Assembly: GCA_017643395.1 (NCBI GenBank)
Contig: JAEPNP010000002.1
Coordinates: 38,290 to 102,289 of the forward strand
Source of the DNA: Rhodothermales bacterium
GTDB lineage: Bacteria; Bacteroidota; Rhodothermia; Rhodothermales; UBA10348
Length of the DNA stretch: 64,000 nt
Reading direction: 5' to 3'
Part shown: piece by piece, positions 26,488-37,619 of the stretch
How the letters are laid out: each line of letters begins with the position of its first letter
How positions within the stretch are numbered: the stretch's first letter is position 1
Program-made: the position numbers and the translations under genes
Notes under the pieces: generated by a model
Told to the model about the DNA's origin: nothing
The model's database searches: none
What the model saw: the letters and a program-made list of their open reading frames with translations, nothing else

Positions 26488-27254
26488 ACCGATACCCCGG
26501 AGTGTGCTGCGGAAACCATCTCCCGCATAAACGCCTCATCGCCACGCTCTTCAAAGGCGTTTCCTACTACCACGAACGATGCGCCCGCAGCCACCTTTGC
26601 AGCCACCGCTTCGGGTGTGCGCATCCCACCACCGACAATAATCGGTACCTGGACCGCGTCCCGAATCCCAGACACCATGGCATCCGGCACGGGATGATCG
26701 GCACCGCTGCCCGCATCCAGATAGAGCGTTTGAAGGCCGAGCATCTCCCCGGCCATGGCCGTCGCCACGGCCACGCCCGTGCGCTCCCGAGGCAACGGCA
26801 ATGAGCCGACCATGTATTGCGCCGTGGTCAGCGCCCCACTTTCAACCAGCATATATCCGGTCGATATGGTCTCGAGCCGCATTTTCCGGATCAGCGGAGC
26901 GGCGACCACGTGCCGACCGATCAGATAGTCCGGATTGCGCCCGCTGATGACCATCAAATAGAGTAGCGCATCCAGATTGCCCACGACCTGGGTAATCGCG
27001 CCGGGAAAACCGATCACCGGCAGCTCAGTGTGGCGTTTCAGTGTTGCCACGTACCGATCCAGCTCGGTCGAATGCACGAGACTGCCGCCCAGGAAGAAGG
27101 CATCGACACCGGCCGCGGCGGCGCGTTCGGCCACCTCGGGCAGGCGCTCCTCGGGGGTGTCGTCCGGATCCACCAGGAGCACAAATCCTGCTCCATGGCG
27201 ATCGCGCGCGGCAAGCAAACGGTCGAATACAGAGTGCAATGGCCCGGCCGTCAA
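26484..27254 (-). CDS. Geranylgeranylglyceryl / heptaprenylglyceryl phosphate synthase family protein (GGGPS/PcrB)
   Basis: 256 aa with VDAFFLGGS, LPVIGFPG, YLDAGSGA and PIIVGGGMRTPE...GASFVVVGNAFEE. This is the characteristic TIM-barrel GGGPS/PcrB motif series. Confidence 0.85.
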   Translation of the reverse strand: MTAGPLHSVFDRLLAARDRHGAGFVLLVDPDDTPEERLPEVAERAAAAGVDAFFLGGSLVHSTELDRYVATLKRHTELPVIGFPGAITQVVGNLDALLYLMVISGRNPDYLIGRHVVAAPLIRKMRLETISTGYMLVESGALTTAQYMVGSLPLPRERTGVAVATAMAGEMLGLQTLYLDAGSGADHPVPDAMVSGIRDAVQVPIIVGGGMRTPEAVAAKVAAGASFVVVGNAFEERGDEAFMREMVSAAHSGVSV

Positions 27255-27373
27255 CGGTGAATCATTTCAGGGGCTCGGCGAGCGCCGCAAACTAGGCCAG
27301 CCGCCTGTCGCGGACAACCAGCGCGCGCACGCGGCTAGCCGGCGCCGGGAGTTGGCACGCACAGGCGCCGCGC

Positions 27374-27539
27374 GGGCGCTCCGGGCCAGCTGAGCCACAC
27401 CGCTAGGTCCACGGCGCCAAGCCCGCCGCGCCGGAGCCAGCGACGCCCCCGGGCCTTGCCGCGCACCGGCGCCGCGAGGGGCGATCCGGGCCGGCTGAGC
27501 CACACCGAGCCGCGGCAGCCAAGCCCGCAACACCGAGCC
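27374..27539. repeat. Imperfect direct duplication (about 62-65 bp, 2 copies, offset about 104 bp)
   Basis: GGGCGCTCCGGGCCAGCTGAGCCACACCG...GCCAAGCCCGC (27374 onward) matches GGGGCGATCCGGGCCGGCTGAGCCACACCG...GCCAAGCCCGC (27478 onward). It lies in the intergenic region downstream of alaS. Confidence 0.6.
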
Positions 27540-27575
27540 GCGACCACCAACCCCGCCGCACCAACCGCGCCCCAC

Positions 27576-30365
27576 CTACCCCAGCATCTCCCCAACAACG
27601 CCCGGGGCCGCCGCAAGCGCATCGCCCAGCTTGGACGCATCACGCCCACCGGCAGTAGCCAACTGAGGCCGCCCGCCGCCACCGCCGCCGACGATCTTCG
27701 CCAGGGTGCCGACGACCTTTCCGGCCTGCAGACCGCGACCGACCAGATCATCCGCCACCGTGACCACGAGGTACGCCTTCTCACCGTCCGACGAGCCAAG
27801 CACGCCGACGCCGCCGTCACCAAGGCGTGACCGCATCTCCTCACCCAGGGTGCGCAGCGCATTCATGTCGGCATTGCCCACCGATCCCACCGCCACTCGC
27901 GCATCGCCCGCCGAAACGGCACCGTCGATGAACGCCCCGAGCTGCCCGGCCAGCGCCTGCTGACGCACAAGATCCAGCTCCTTCTCCAGCCGCTTATTGG
28001 CATCAATGAGGTCTGCTACCTCCTCGTCGGAAGGCCGCTGGAGCGATTTGAATTGCCCGCGCACACGCCCGAGTTCATCCAGTTCGCCGTGCAGATAGCC
28101 GAGCGCATCGGCCCCGGCCAGAGCCTCGACGCGACGCACGCCGGCGGCCACCGAACCCTCACTCCGGAAGCGGAAGAGGCCAATTTCGCCGGTCGCGTCC
28201 ACATGAATGCCGCCGCACAACTCCACTGAGTAGTCCGGATCGAAGGTGATCACCCTCACGGTGTCGCCGTACTTCTCGCCAAACAGCGCCATCGCGCCTC
28301 GCGCCACGGCCTCATCAAACGGCACCGCGCGCTCTTCCCGCAGCCCGATGTTGCGCTGGATCACCTCGTTGACGCGCTGCTCCACGGCCCGCAGCTCCTC
28401 CGGCGTCACCCGCTCGAAGTGGCTGAAGTCAAACCGCAGGTAGTCCGGCGCGACCAGCGATCCCTTCTGTTGCACGTGCGGGCCGAGCACTTCCCGTAGC
28501 GCAGCGTGCATCAGGTGGGTCACCGAATGGTGCTTCTTCGTGCGCGCCAACCGGGCGGTATCCACCTGAGCCACCACGGGCGCGTCCGGCGCTGCCGGAA
28601 GCCGGTCTACCACGTGCACCACACGGCCGGCCCGCTTCACGGTGTCGAGCACCGCAATGTACTCATCGCCCACCTGGAGGGTGCCGGTATCACCGACCTG
28701 CCCACCGGACTCCGCGTAAAACGGGGTCTGGTCCAGCACGAGCTCAAACCGGTCCTCACCAACCGTGCGCACCGACCGCACTGCGGCGCCCTCCACACGC
28801 GAATGGTCGTAGCCGACAAAGGCCTCATCGCCCGTGGAAATGTCCGTCCAGACATCCGCTTCGGACTGGTCCACCTTGAAGTTAGCGGCTGCCCGGGCGC
28901 GGTCCTTCTGCTGCTTCATGGCCGCATCGTACCCGGCCATGTCCACGGCCAGCCCCTCCTCGCGCGCCATGAGCTGCGTGAGGTCGATGGGGAATCCGTA
29001 CGTGTCATGCAGGAGGAAGGCCACCTCGCCGGGGACCTCGTCACGCTCCGCCGCACCCTGGAATCGGCGCAGGGCATCGTCGGATCCCCCGTACGCCTTG
29101 CCCAGGAGATCCATGGCCTTCGAATCGTGCGCAACCGGGCCTGCCTGTCCTTTCAGATAGGGCAACAGCCGCTCAAACAGCGCCAATCCGGTGCCCAGCG
29201 TCTCCAGGAAGCTCTCCTCCTCCGCCTTCGTAACCCGCTGCAGGTAGTCGCGGCTCTGCTCAAGTTCGGGAAACTGCTTGCCCATCATGTCGACGACCGT
29301 GCCGGCCACCTTGTACAGGAAGGGCTCGTGCAGCTCCAGCGTCTGGTAACCATAGCGCACCGCACGCCGCAGAATGCGCCGAATGACGTAGCCGCGGCCG
29401 GTATTGCCGGGCATGACGCCATCGGCGATGGCAAACGCAATCGTGCGCACGTGGTCCGCGATGACCCGCATGGCAATGCGGAGTCGGTCCGCGTCTTCGC
29501 CGGACGCGCCGGTCTCCTCATAGGACGTCAGCCCGCCGATCGGCGACAGCGAGGCCACCTGATCGAGTATCGGACGGAAGAGATCCGTGTCGTACGTGCT
29601 GCCGGCCGTCTGCTGCAACACAGATACGATGCGCTCAAAGCCCATCCCGGTGTCCACGTGCTTGGCGGACAGCGCCTTCAGGCTGCCGTCGGTCTGCGCG
29701 TTGTACTGGATGAAGACCAGATTCCAGATCTCCATCACCATGGGATGATCCATGTTGACCAGGTCCCGCCCCGGCGTCTCCGCCCGCTCGGCGTCCGTGC
29801 GCAGGTCGACGTGGATTTCGGAGCACGGACCACACGGCCCGGTGTCGCCCATCATCCAGAAGTTGTCCTCGCTACCGCAGTACAAAATGTGCTCGTGGTT
29901 GATGCCCGTCTCCGAGCGCCAGAAGCCCGCGGCCTCATCGTCCGGATCCAATCCCAGTTTGGCATCGCCGGCATGGACCGTGGCATACAGCCGGTCCGCA
30001 GGCAATCCCCATTTTTCCGTGAGCAGCTCCCAGGCCCAACCGATCGCCTCTTTCTTGAAGTAGTCCCCGAAGCTCCAGTTGCCGAGCATCTCGAAGAGCG
30101 TGTGGTGATACGTGTCGTACCCCACCTCCTCGAGGTCATTGTGCTTGCCGGACACGCGCAGGCACTTCTGCGAATCGGCGGCGCGCAGGTACGGCCGGGA
30201 CCCCTCGCCAAGGAACACATCCTTGAACTGGTTCATGCCCGCATTGGTGAACATGAGCGTCGGGTCGTTCTCGGGCACGATCGAGGCACTGGGCACTATT
30301 TCGTGCCCTTTCTCCCTGAAGAACTCCAGGAAGTCGGTGCGGATCTGTTCTGCCGTGAGGCTCAT
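27576..30365 (-). CDS. alaS: Alanine--tRNA ligase
   Basis: The start was moved to the internal ATG giving MSLTAEQIRTDFLEFFREKGHEIVPSASIVP, the canonical AlaRS N-terminus. The protein also has the editing-domain motifs HSVTHLMHAALR and CGGIHV and a C-terminal DHHA1-like region. Confidence 0.95.
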   Translation of the reverse strand: MSLTAEQIRTDFLEFFREKGHEIVPSASIVPENDPTLMFTNAGMNQFKDVFLGEGSRPYLRAADSQKCLRVSGKHNDLEEVGYDTYHHTLFEMLGNWSFGDYFKKEAIGWAWELLTEKWGLPADRLYATVHAGDAKLGLDPDDEAAGFWRSETGINHEHILYCGSEDNFWMMGDTGPCGPCSEIHVDLRTDAERAETPGRDLVNMDHPMVMEIWNLVFIQYNAQTDGSLKALSAKHVDTGMGFERIVSVLQQTAGSTYDTDLFRPILDQVASLSPIGGLTSYEETGASGEDADRLRIAMRVIADHVRTIAFAIADGVMPGNTGRGYVIRRILRRAVRYGYQTLELHEPFLYKVAGTVVDMMGKQFPELEQSRDYLQRVTKAEEESFLETLGTGLALFERLLPYLKGQAGPVAHDSKAMDLLGKAYGGSDDALRRFQGAAERDEVPGEVAFLLHDTYGFPIDLTQLMAREEGLAVDMAGYDAAMKQQKDRARAAANFKVDQSEADVWTDISTGDEAFVGYDHSRVEGAAVRSVRTVGEDRFELVLDQTPFYAESGGQVGDTGTLQVGDEYIAVLDTVKRAGRVVHVVDRLPAAPDAPVVAQVDTARLARTKKHHSVTHLMHAALREVLGPHVQQKGSLVAPDYLRFDFSHFERVTPEELRAVEQRVNEVIQRNIGLREERAVPFDEAVARGAMALFGEKYGDTVRVITFDPDYSVELCGGIHVDATGEIGLFRFRSEGSVAAGVRRVEALAGADALGYLHGELDELGRVRGQFKSLQRPSDEEVADLIDANKRLEKELDLVRQQALAGQLGAFIDGAVSAGDARVAVGSVGNADMNALRTLGEEMRSRLGDGGVGVLGSSDGEKAYLVVTVADDLVGRGLQAGKVVGTLAKIVGGGGGGRPQLATAGGRDASKLGDALAAAPGVVGEMLG

Positions 30366-30600
30366 GGCGGTACCGGGGGCGTTTGAGGGAGCCGAAATCG
30401 GGCCCTTTGGTATGAAAAAACGGGTCGCGGAAGATACGGGCGATGGGCCCCTGCCCCTTTCAAGATCACGGCAAATCGCGCTCGAAATCGCCATGCTGTA
30501 TTTTTAGCACGGGCGTAACCTTAATGGATTTCGTACCGTAGCAAACCTCCAGCACGATTCGTGTGTCAGACCGCCAAACGGAATCAGAAGGAATCTCCCC

Positions 30601-31680
30601 ATGAAAACCCGCATTCTCGGCATCGCCCTCATCGTCCTGGCCGGCCTCGCCGCCGTCAATCTCTATCAGGCGTTTGCCCGGGCATTCGGAGGCGATGAGC
30701 ATCATGGCGCCTATGCCATCGCAAGCGCCTCGTCAGATGCCGACGTGGACGCCCAGGATTTCGACTTCGACTTCGACTTCGACTTTGATTTCGACTTTGA
30801 CTTTGATGAAGCGGTCTCGGCCTCGGATCAGTCCAGGGAGATCGTGATCGATGAGCGCTTCAACGTGTCCGAGGGGCAGGATCTCTTTATCGACGTGCAG
30901 CACGCCGATGTGGAGATCGAGACGCGGTCCGGGGCCGACCAGGCCCGCATTGTCGTCACCATCTCCTCTCGCAACATGGATCGTGCGATGGAACGCTTCG
31001 AGGCCATGGACTGGAAGACCTACAAGGATGGCGACCGCGTGGTGGTACGCTCGGAGATGCCCCGCCGCACGAACTGGAACCTGAAAATGAAAATCGATGT
31101 GGTCGCGCTGATTCCCGACCACTTCAACCTGGATGTTCAGAGCACACACGGTGATGTGTCCGCTGGAAGCCTCTGGGGCAACGCCGAAATCAAGACCACC
31201 CATGGCGATCTGGATCTGGCCTCCCTGAACGGAGACCGGGCTGAGATCCGCACCACGCATGGCGATGTCGAGTCCGGCGACCTGATGGTGAAGCGGCTCG
31301 AAATCCGGACCACGCATGGTGACATCGACCTCGGCGACGTGACCAGCGATGTCTTCAGCGCGACCACCACGCACAGCGACGTGCAAATTGAGGAGCTCAC
31401 CGGACGCTCGGAAATCCGGACCACACACGGCGACGTGCGCATCCGCGTGCAGAACACAGACGGCATGGACATCCGGACCTCACATGGAGACGTCAGCCTG
31501 CATGTGCCCTCAGACTTCCGCGCTGACCTGGATCTGCGGGCTGCCAAAGTGAACCTGCCGATGTCCGCCAACTTCGACGGCGAGCTCAAGAAGAAGTCGG
31601 CCTACGGGGCTCTCAATGGCGGCGGAGTCAACGTCGAGATCGCCACGTCGCACGGCGACATCTCGCTGCGCAACCGCTAG
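30601..31680 (+). CDS. DUF4097-family (putative beta-helical adhesin-like) membrane-anchored protein
   Basis: 359 aa with an N-terminal TM helix (ILGIALIVLAGLAAV) and a (DF)8 dipeptide tract. Eight repeats of (T/S)(T/S)H(G/S)D(V/I/L), e.g. IRTTHGDV, are spaced about 17-20 aa apart, as in DUF4097 proteins. Confidence 0.75.
   Translation: MKTRILGIALIVLAGLAAVNLYQAFARAFGGDEHHGAYAIASASSDADVDAQDFDFDFDFDFDFDFDFDEAVSASDQSREIVIDERFNVSEGQDLFIDVQHADVEIETRSGADQARIVVTISSRNMDRAMERFEAMDWKTYKDGDRVVVRSEMPRRTNWNLKMKIDVVALIPDHFNLDVQSTHGDVSAGSLWGNAEIKTTHGDLDLASLNGDRAEIRTTHGDVESGDLMVKRLEIRTTHGDIDLGDVTSDVFSATTTHSDVQIEELTGRSEIRTTHGDVRIRVQNTDGMDIRTSHGDVSLHVPSDFRADLDLRAAKVNLPMSANFDGELKKKSAYGALNGGGVNVEIATSHGDISLRNR
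30756..30806 (+). repeat. In-frame hexanucleotide microsatellite (GAYTTY)n encoding DFDFDFDFDFDFDFDFD
   Basis: gatttcgacttcgacttcgacttcgactttgatttcgactttgactttgat lies inside the DUF4097 gene. Confidence 0.9.
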
Positions 31681-31701
31681 GCCGAATCAGCGCCCGATTT
31701 C

Positions 31702-33726
<2,025 letters not shown>

Positions 33727-33811
33727 GGTGTCGGGTCGAAGGGGGCATTCCGGGGCGGTCAGGCCGGCACCGACCGCCTATATTCCGGCCTCTTGAATCC
33801 CCTCCCAGACT

Positions 33812-34945
33812 ATGAGTTCAGACAAATCCCTGGCCAAGGCCATCGCGGGACGTCACGAGCGGCTTCGGGCCGCGCTTTCTGCCCATGGCCTGCACGCGCT
33901 GGCCATCAACGCCGGCCCGACCCTCGGCTATCTGACGGGGTTGAGTTTCCACCTCTCGGAACGCCCGGTCATCGCGCTTTTCACCGCGGACCAGAAGCCG
34001 CAGATGGTGGTGCCCGAACTGGAGTCGCTGAAGTTTGAAAAGGCGGCGTTTGATCTGGACCTGCACACCTACAGCGAGAGCCTGGATTCGTGGCAGCCGG
34101 CGTTCTCGGCGGCGCTCAAGGGGCTGGGTTCGGCGCGCGTCGGCGTAGAGCCGCGCTGGCTGCGTTTCCTCGAGATGGGATTCCTGAACGCCGCGGCGGA
34201 AAAGGCCGACTTCGTATCGGGAGAGGAAGCCGTGGCCCAGTTGCGCATGCACAAGGACCAGGTCGAGCTGGAGCTCATGCGCACCGCGACCCGCATCGCC
34301 CAGGATGCCCTGAAGGACACACTGCCCAAGCTCCGGGCGGGCGTCACCGAACGTGAGGCGGCCTCCGAGCTCATCCAGAATCTGCTGCGCCACGGCAGCG
34401 AGGGCGAGCTGCCCTTCCAGCCCATTGTGGCGTTCGGTCCCAACTCCGCCAATCCGCACGCGGTACCCACAGAGCGGCCGCTGCAGGAAGGCGACCTGGC
34501 GCTGTTTGACTGGGGCGCCAACCATCACGGCTACTTCTCCGACCTGACCCGCACGTTCACCTTCGGCGAGGTGGATCCAGAGCTGCGGAAGATAGGCCAG
34601 CTTGTGCACGCGGCGAATTCGGCGGGACGGCGCGCAGCCGGTCCCGGTATCGCTGCGGGGGCCATCGACCGAGCCACCCGGACCGTCATCGCAGACGCCG
34701 GGTACGGCGAGCAGTTCATGCACCGCACCGGCCACGGACTCGGTCTGGAGGTGCACGAGGAACCGTACATCCGGGACGACAACAATCAGACGCTTCGGCC
34801 CGGCATGACCTTTACCGTGGAGCCAGGGATCTACCTGGCTGGCAAAGGCGGCGTGCGCATTGAGGACGATGTGGTCATCACGGATTCCGGCGCCGAGAGT
34901 CTGAGTGATATGCCGCGCGCCGTGGTGCCGATCCCCCAGGACTGA
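33812..34945 (+). CDS. M24-family Xaa-Pro aminopeptidase/dipeptidase
   Basis: 377 aa with DWGANHHGYFSDLTRT, HRTGHGLGLEVHEEP and GMTFTVEPGIY...GVRIEDDVVIT, the metal-ligand motif series of M24B peptidases. Confidence 0.9.
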   Translation: MSSDKSLAKAIAGRHERLRAALSAHGLHALAINAGPTLGYLTGLSFHLSERPVIALFTADQKPQMVVPELESLKFEKAAFDLDLHTYSESLDSWQPAFSAALKGLGSARVGVEPRWLRFLEMGFLNAAAEKADFVSGEEAVAQLRMHKDQVELELMRTATRIAQDALKDTLPKLRAGVTEREAASELIQNLLRHGSEGELPFQPIVAFGPNSANPHAVPTERPLQEGDLALFDWGANHHGYFSDLTRTFTFGEVDPELRKIGQLVHAANSAGRRAAGPGIAAGAIDRATRTVIADAGYGEQFMHRTGHGLGLEVHEEPYIRDDNNQTLRPGMTFTVEPGIYLAGKGGVRIEDDVVITDSGAESLSDMPRAVVPIPQD

Positions 34946-36385
34946 GTGGGCTCGGACACCCTGCATATTCTCCTGGCAGCCCCGGAAGCTCAGGACACAG
35001 AGCGATTTATGGGGCGCCTCGCGGCATGCCAGCGACCCCCGCTGGCCGTTAGCCAGGCGACCAGCCTTCGAGATGCCGCCCAGCTAGCCGGCGACCAGTC
35101 GTTCGATGTGCTGGTGCTGGATGCCCGCCTTGCGCAGGGGCTCAAACACGGCCTTCTGGCCCTGTCCCCGCTTCTTCTGGCGCTTCCCATTGTGGTCGCC
35201 CTGGATCCTGAGGAGGACAGCGAACTGGCCGGCGCCCTGCCCGAGGGCGTCATGGACTACGTGGACCGCGAGGGCGACACCGCGCACGCGCTCCAGCGCA
35301 TTCTGTACTACGCCTCACGCCGATACGCGAGCTTGCGATCGCTCCAGGAGGCGGAAGGTCAGCTACGCTCGATCGTCGAGGGGATTTCGGACGGCATCGT
35401 CATCGTGGACGACAGTCAGACAGTGCTGTTTGCGAACCCGGCCGCCGAGGCCATTCTGCACCGCCCGCTTTACGAAATGCTCGGTGCCCCATTGGGCTTC
35501 AAGCTGCCGCGCGGGAGCGGAATGGTGGAAATTCTTTCGCATGACCATGAACCACTTCAGCTGGAGGTGCAGGTTCAGGCGTCTACCTGGGAAGGGCGCG
35601 ATGCGACGCTCGTCACCTTCCGCGACGTCACCGCGCAGATGGCGCTTGAGGACAACCTTCGTCGGTCCAAGGAGGAAGCGCTCCGTGTTGCGAACCTGAA
35701 GACGGCCTTCCTGGCGAACATGAGTCACGAACTGCGCATGCCGCTGGCCAGCATCATCGGGTTCGCGCAGCTGATTCGCGACGGCCTGGACGACCACGAA
35801 TTCCGAGAGTTTGCCGAGAGCATCATTTCCGGCGGAAACCGGCTGCTGGACACCATCAATTCCGTGCTGGACCTGACCCGTCTGGATGCCGATGCGGTGC
35901 AGGCGCACTCGAGGCTGGTGGAGGCTTCGGCTGTGGGACGGGAAGCCGTCGGCATGCTGGCGGCGCTGGCGCAGAAGAAGAACCTCCCGGTGCACGTGGA
36001 GCACGTGGGTACGGACGATACGGTCTTCGCCGATCCGACCATCCTGCGCCGCATCCTGAACAACCTCATCGGAAACGCCATCAAGTTCACGGACAGCGGC
36101 TCGGTGACGGTGCGCGTGGAGTCTGACGATGAGCTCGTGCAGATCCATGTGATTGATACGGGTCGGGGCATCAACCAGGAGTTCCTTCCGGAGCTCTTCG
36201 ATGAGTTCACGCAGGAATCGAGCGGATTTGACCGCTCCCATGAGGGGTCCGGCCTCGGCCTGGCCATCACCAAACGGTTGTGCCGGTTGATCGGAGGCCG
36301 GATTGACGTCGACAGCGAGAAGGGTGTGGGCTCCACATTTACTGTCACGCTGCCGCACGCGGAAGAAGACCCAGAAGACGCCTAG
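34946..36385 (+). CDS. Sensor histidine kinase (degenerate receiver-like N-terminus, PAS, HisKA, HATPase_c)
   Basis: A GTG start sits directly after the upstream stop. The PAS-like region is LRSIVEGISDGIVIVDD and the H-box is FLANMSHELRMPLASIIGF. The ATPase motifs are NLIGNAIKFT, DTGRGI and GSGLGLAI. The N-terminal 120 aa or so resemble a receiver but lack the acidic DD pocket (HILLAAPE). Confidence 0.85.
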   Translation: MGSDTLHILLAAPEAQDTERFMGRLAACQRPPLAVSQATSLRDAAQLAGDQSFDVLVLDARLAQGLKHGLLALSPLLLALPIVVALDPEEDSELAGALPEGVMDYVDREGDTAHALQRILYYASRRYASLRSLQEAEGQLRSIVEGISDGIVIVDDSQTVLFANPAAEAILHRPLYEMLGAPLGFKLPRGSGMVEILSHDHEPLQLEVQVQASTWEGRDATLVTFRDVTAQMALEDNLRRSKEEALRVANLKTAFLANMSHELRMPLASIIGFAQLIRDGLDDHEFREFAESIISGGNRLLDTINSVLDLTRLDADAVQAHSRLVEASAVGREAVGMLAALAQKKNLPVHVEHVGTDDTVFADPTILRRILNNLIGNAIKFTDSGSVTVRVESDDELVQIHVIDTGRGINQEFLPELFDEFTQESSGFDRSHEGSGLGLAITKRLCRLIGGRIDVDSEKGVGSTFTVTLPHAEEDPEDA

Positions 36386-36391
36386 ACACCC

Positions 36392-37561
36392 ATGATCACC
36401 GAACCCACGACACTGTTTGCCGTCCTTGCGGGCGTTTTGGGGCTGATTTTCTGGCTCAGCACCTTTCCGGGGCTGAAGAAGCTTTTTGAGTATCTGCCGC
36501 CGGTCATCTGGGCGTATTTCGTGCCCATGTTTCTGACCACCGCAGGCGTGACGCCGGACTCGAGCGAGACGTACTCCTGGATGTCGCGCTATTTGCTGCC
36601 GCTGGCGCTCTTCCTGCTGATGATTGCGGTGGATGTGAAGGCCATCCTGAAACTGGGGCCGAAAGCGCTCCTGATGATGGTAACCGGCACGTTCGGAATC
36701 GTGCTCGGGGCCCTGGTGGCCTATCTCATCTTCGCATCCCTGCTCCCGGAAGATGCCTGGCAAGGCTTCGCAGCTCTTTCGGGCAGCTGGATTGGGGGCA
36801 CGGCCAACCTGCTTTTCATCCAGAACCATGTCGGGGCTCCGGACTCTCTGCTGGGTCCCATCATTGTGGTCGACACGGTCGTAGGCTACGGTTGGATGGG
36901 GGTGCTCATTTTCCTGAGCACCATGCAGCACAAGTTCGACAAGTGGGTCAACGCCGACATGACCATGATCGAGGACGTGAACAAGCGCCTGGCGGAGATC
37001 GACACGACGCGCCGGCCGTCCGACCTGGCGGATCTGGCCAAAATCGTCGGCCTCGGCTTCATCCTGGTGGTGGCCAGCATCTGGGTGGCGGAAAACGTCA
37101 TGCCGGAAACCCAGTACATCGGCACGTCCACCTGGGCCATCCTGATCATTGTGACCCTCGGCCTCGTGCTGTCGTTCACAAAAATGCGGGACCTCGAGCA
37201 GGTCGGCGCGTCCCGGCTCGGGTTTTTGGCGCTTTACCTGCTTCTGACCTCCATTGGGGCGCGGGCGGACCTGATGGCGGTGTTGGATGCCCCGTATTAC
37301 CTGCTGGCAGGGGTGGTCTGGATCTCGATCCACATCGGCATCCTGATCATCATGGCACGCGCCATCCGTGCGCCGCTGTTCTTCGTCGCCACGGGAAGCA
37401 TGGCCAATATCGGCGGCGCGGCCAGTGCGCCGGTTGTGGCCAGTGTGTACCTGCCGGCGATGGCACCCGTCGGGTTGCTCATGGCCACGGCCGGATACAT
37501 CCTGGGGATTTACGCGGCGTACGGGGCCGCGGAGATGTTGCGGGTCCTGGCTGGAGGATAG
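36392..37561 (+). CDS. DUF819-family integral membrane protein
   Basis: 389 aa and polytopic (about 10-12 hydrophobic segments). The N-terminal pattern ...LPPVIWAYFVPMFLTTAGV...LLPLALFLLMIAVDVKAILKLGPKAL resembles DUF819 as I recall it. Confidence 0.6.
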   Translation: MITEPTTLFAVLAGVLGLIFWLSTFPGLKKLFEYLPPVIWAYFVPMFLTTAGVTPDSSETYSWMSRYLLPLALFLLMIAVDVKAILKLGPKALLMMVTGTFGIVLGALVAYLIFASLLPEDAWQGFAALSGSWIGGTANLLFIQNHVGAPDSLLGPIIVVDTVVGYGWMGVLIFLSTMQHKFDKWVNADMTMIEDVNKRLAEIDTTRRPSDLADLAKIVGLGFILVVASIWVAENVMPETQYIGTSTWAILIIVTLGLVLSFTKMRDLEQVGASRLGFLALYLLLTSIGARADLMAVLDAPYYLLAGVVWISIHIGILIIMARAIRAPLFFVATGSMANIGGAASAPVVASVYLPAMAPVGLLMATAGYILGIYAAYGAAEMLRVLAGG

Positions 37562-37619
37562 GGAGGTTGGTTGCGGGGGCCGCGGCGGCTGGATCGGCGC
37601 CGGGGCCGCGGGGGCCGCT

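Noticed and set aside
28506-30386. 626-aa + strand ORF
   Set aside because: It is antisense to alaS, whose identity is unambiguous. The ORF is Arg/His/Gly-rich with no motifs.
30366-30494. N-terminal extensions proposed by the track for alaS (also 39767-39826 redoxin, 42222-42305 M16 peptidase, 47901-48071 HAD hydrolase, 16749-16907 hypothetical)
   Set aside because: The extensions are Arg/Pro-rich, overlap upstream genes or lack homology-type motifs. Internal starts give canonical N-termini (MSLTAEQIRTDFL, a lipobox signal peptide, MVLLFDIDGT) and typical start/stop overlaps.
30504-30512. TTTAGCACG upstream of the DUF4097 gene, resembling the TTAGCAC half-sites of the candidate BlaI operator
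   Set aside because: It is a single 7-nt match without a dyad partner. A rough composition-based estimate predicts a few chance occurrences of this heptamer in 64 kb on both strands, so it is not evidence of co-regulation on its own.
35363-37333. 656-aa minus-strand ORF
   Set aside because: It is antisense to the histidine kinase and the DUF819 membrane protein, both of which have clear family motifs. It is a shadow ORF.
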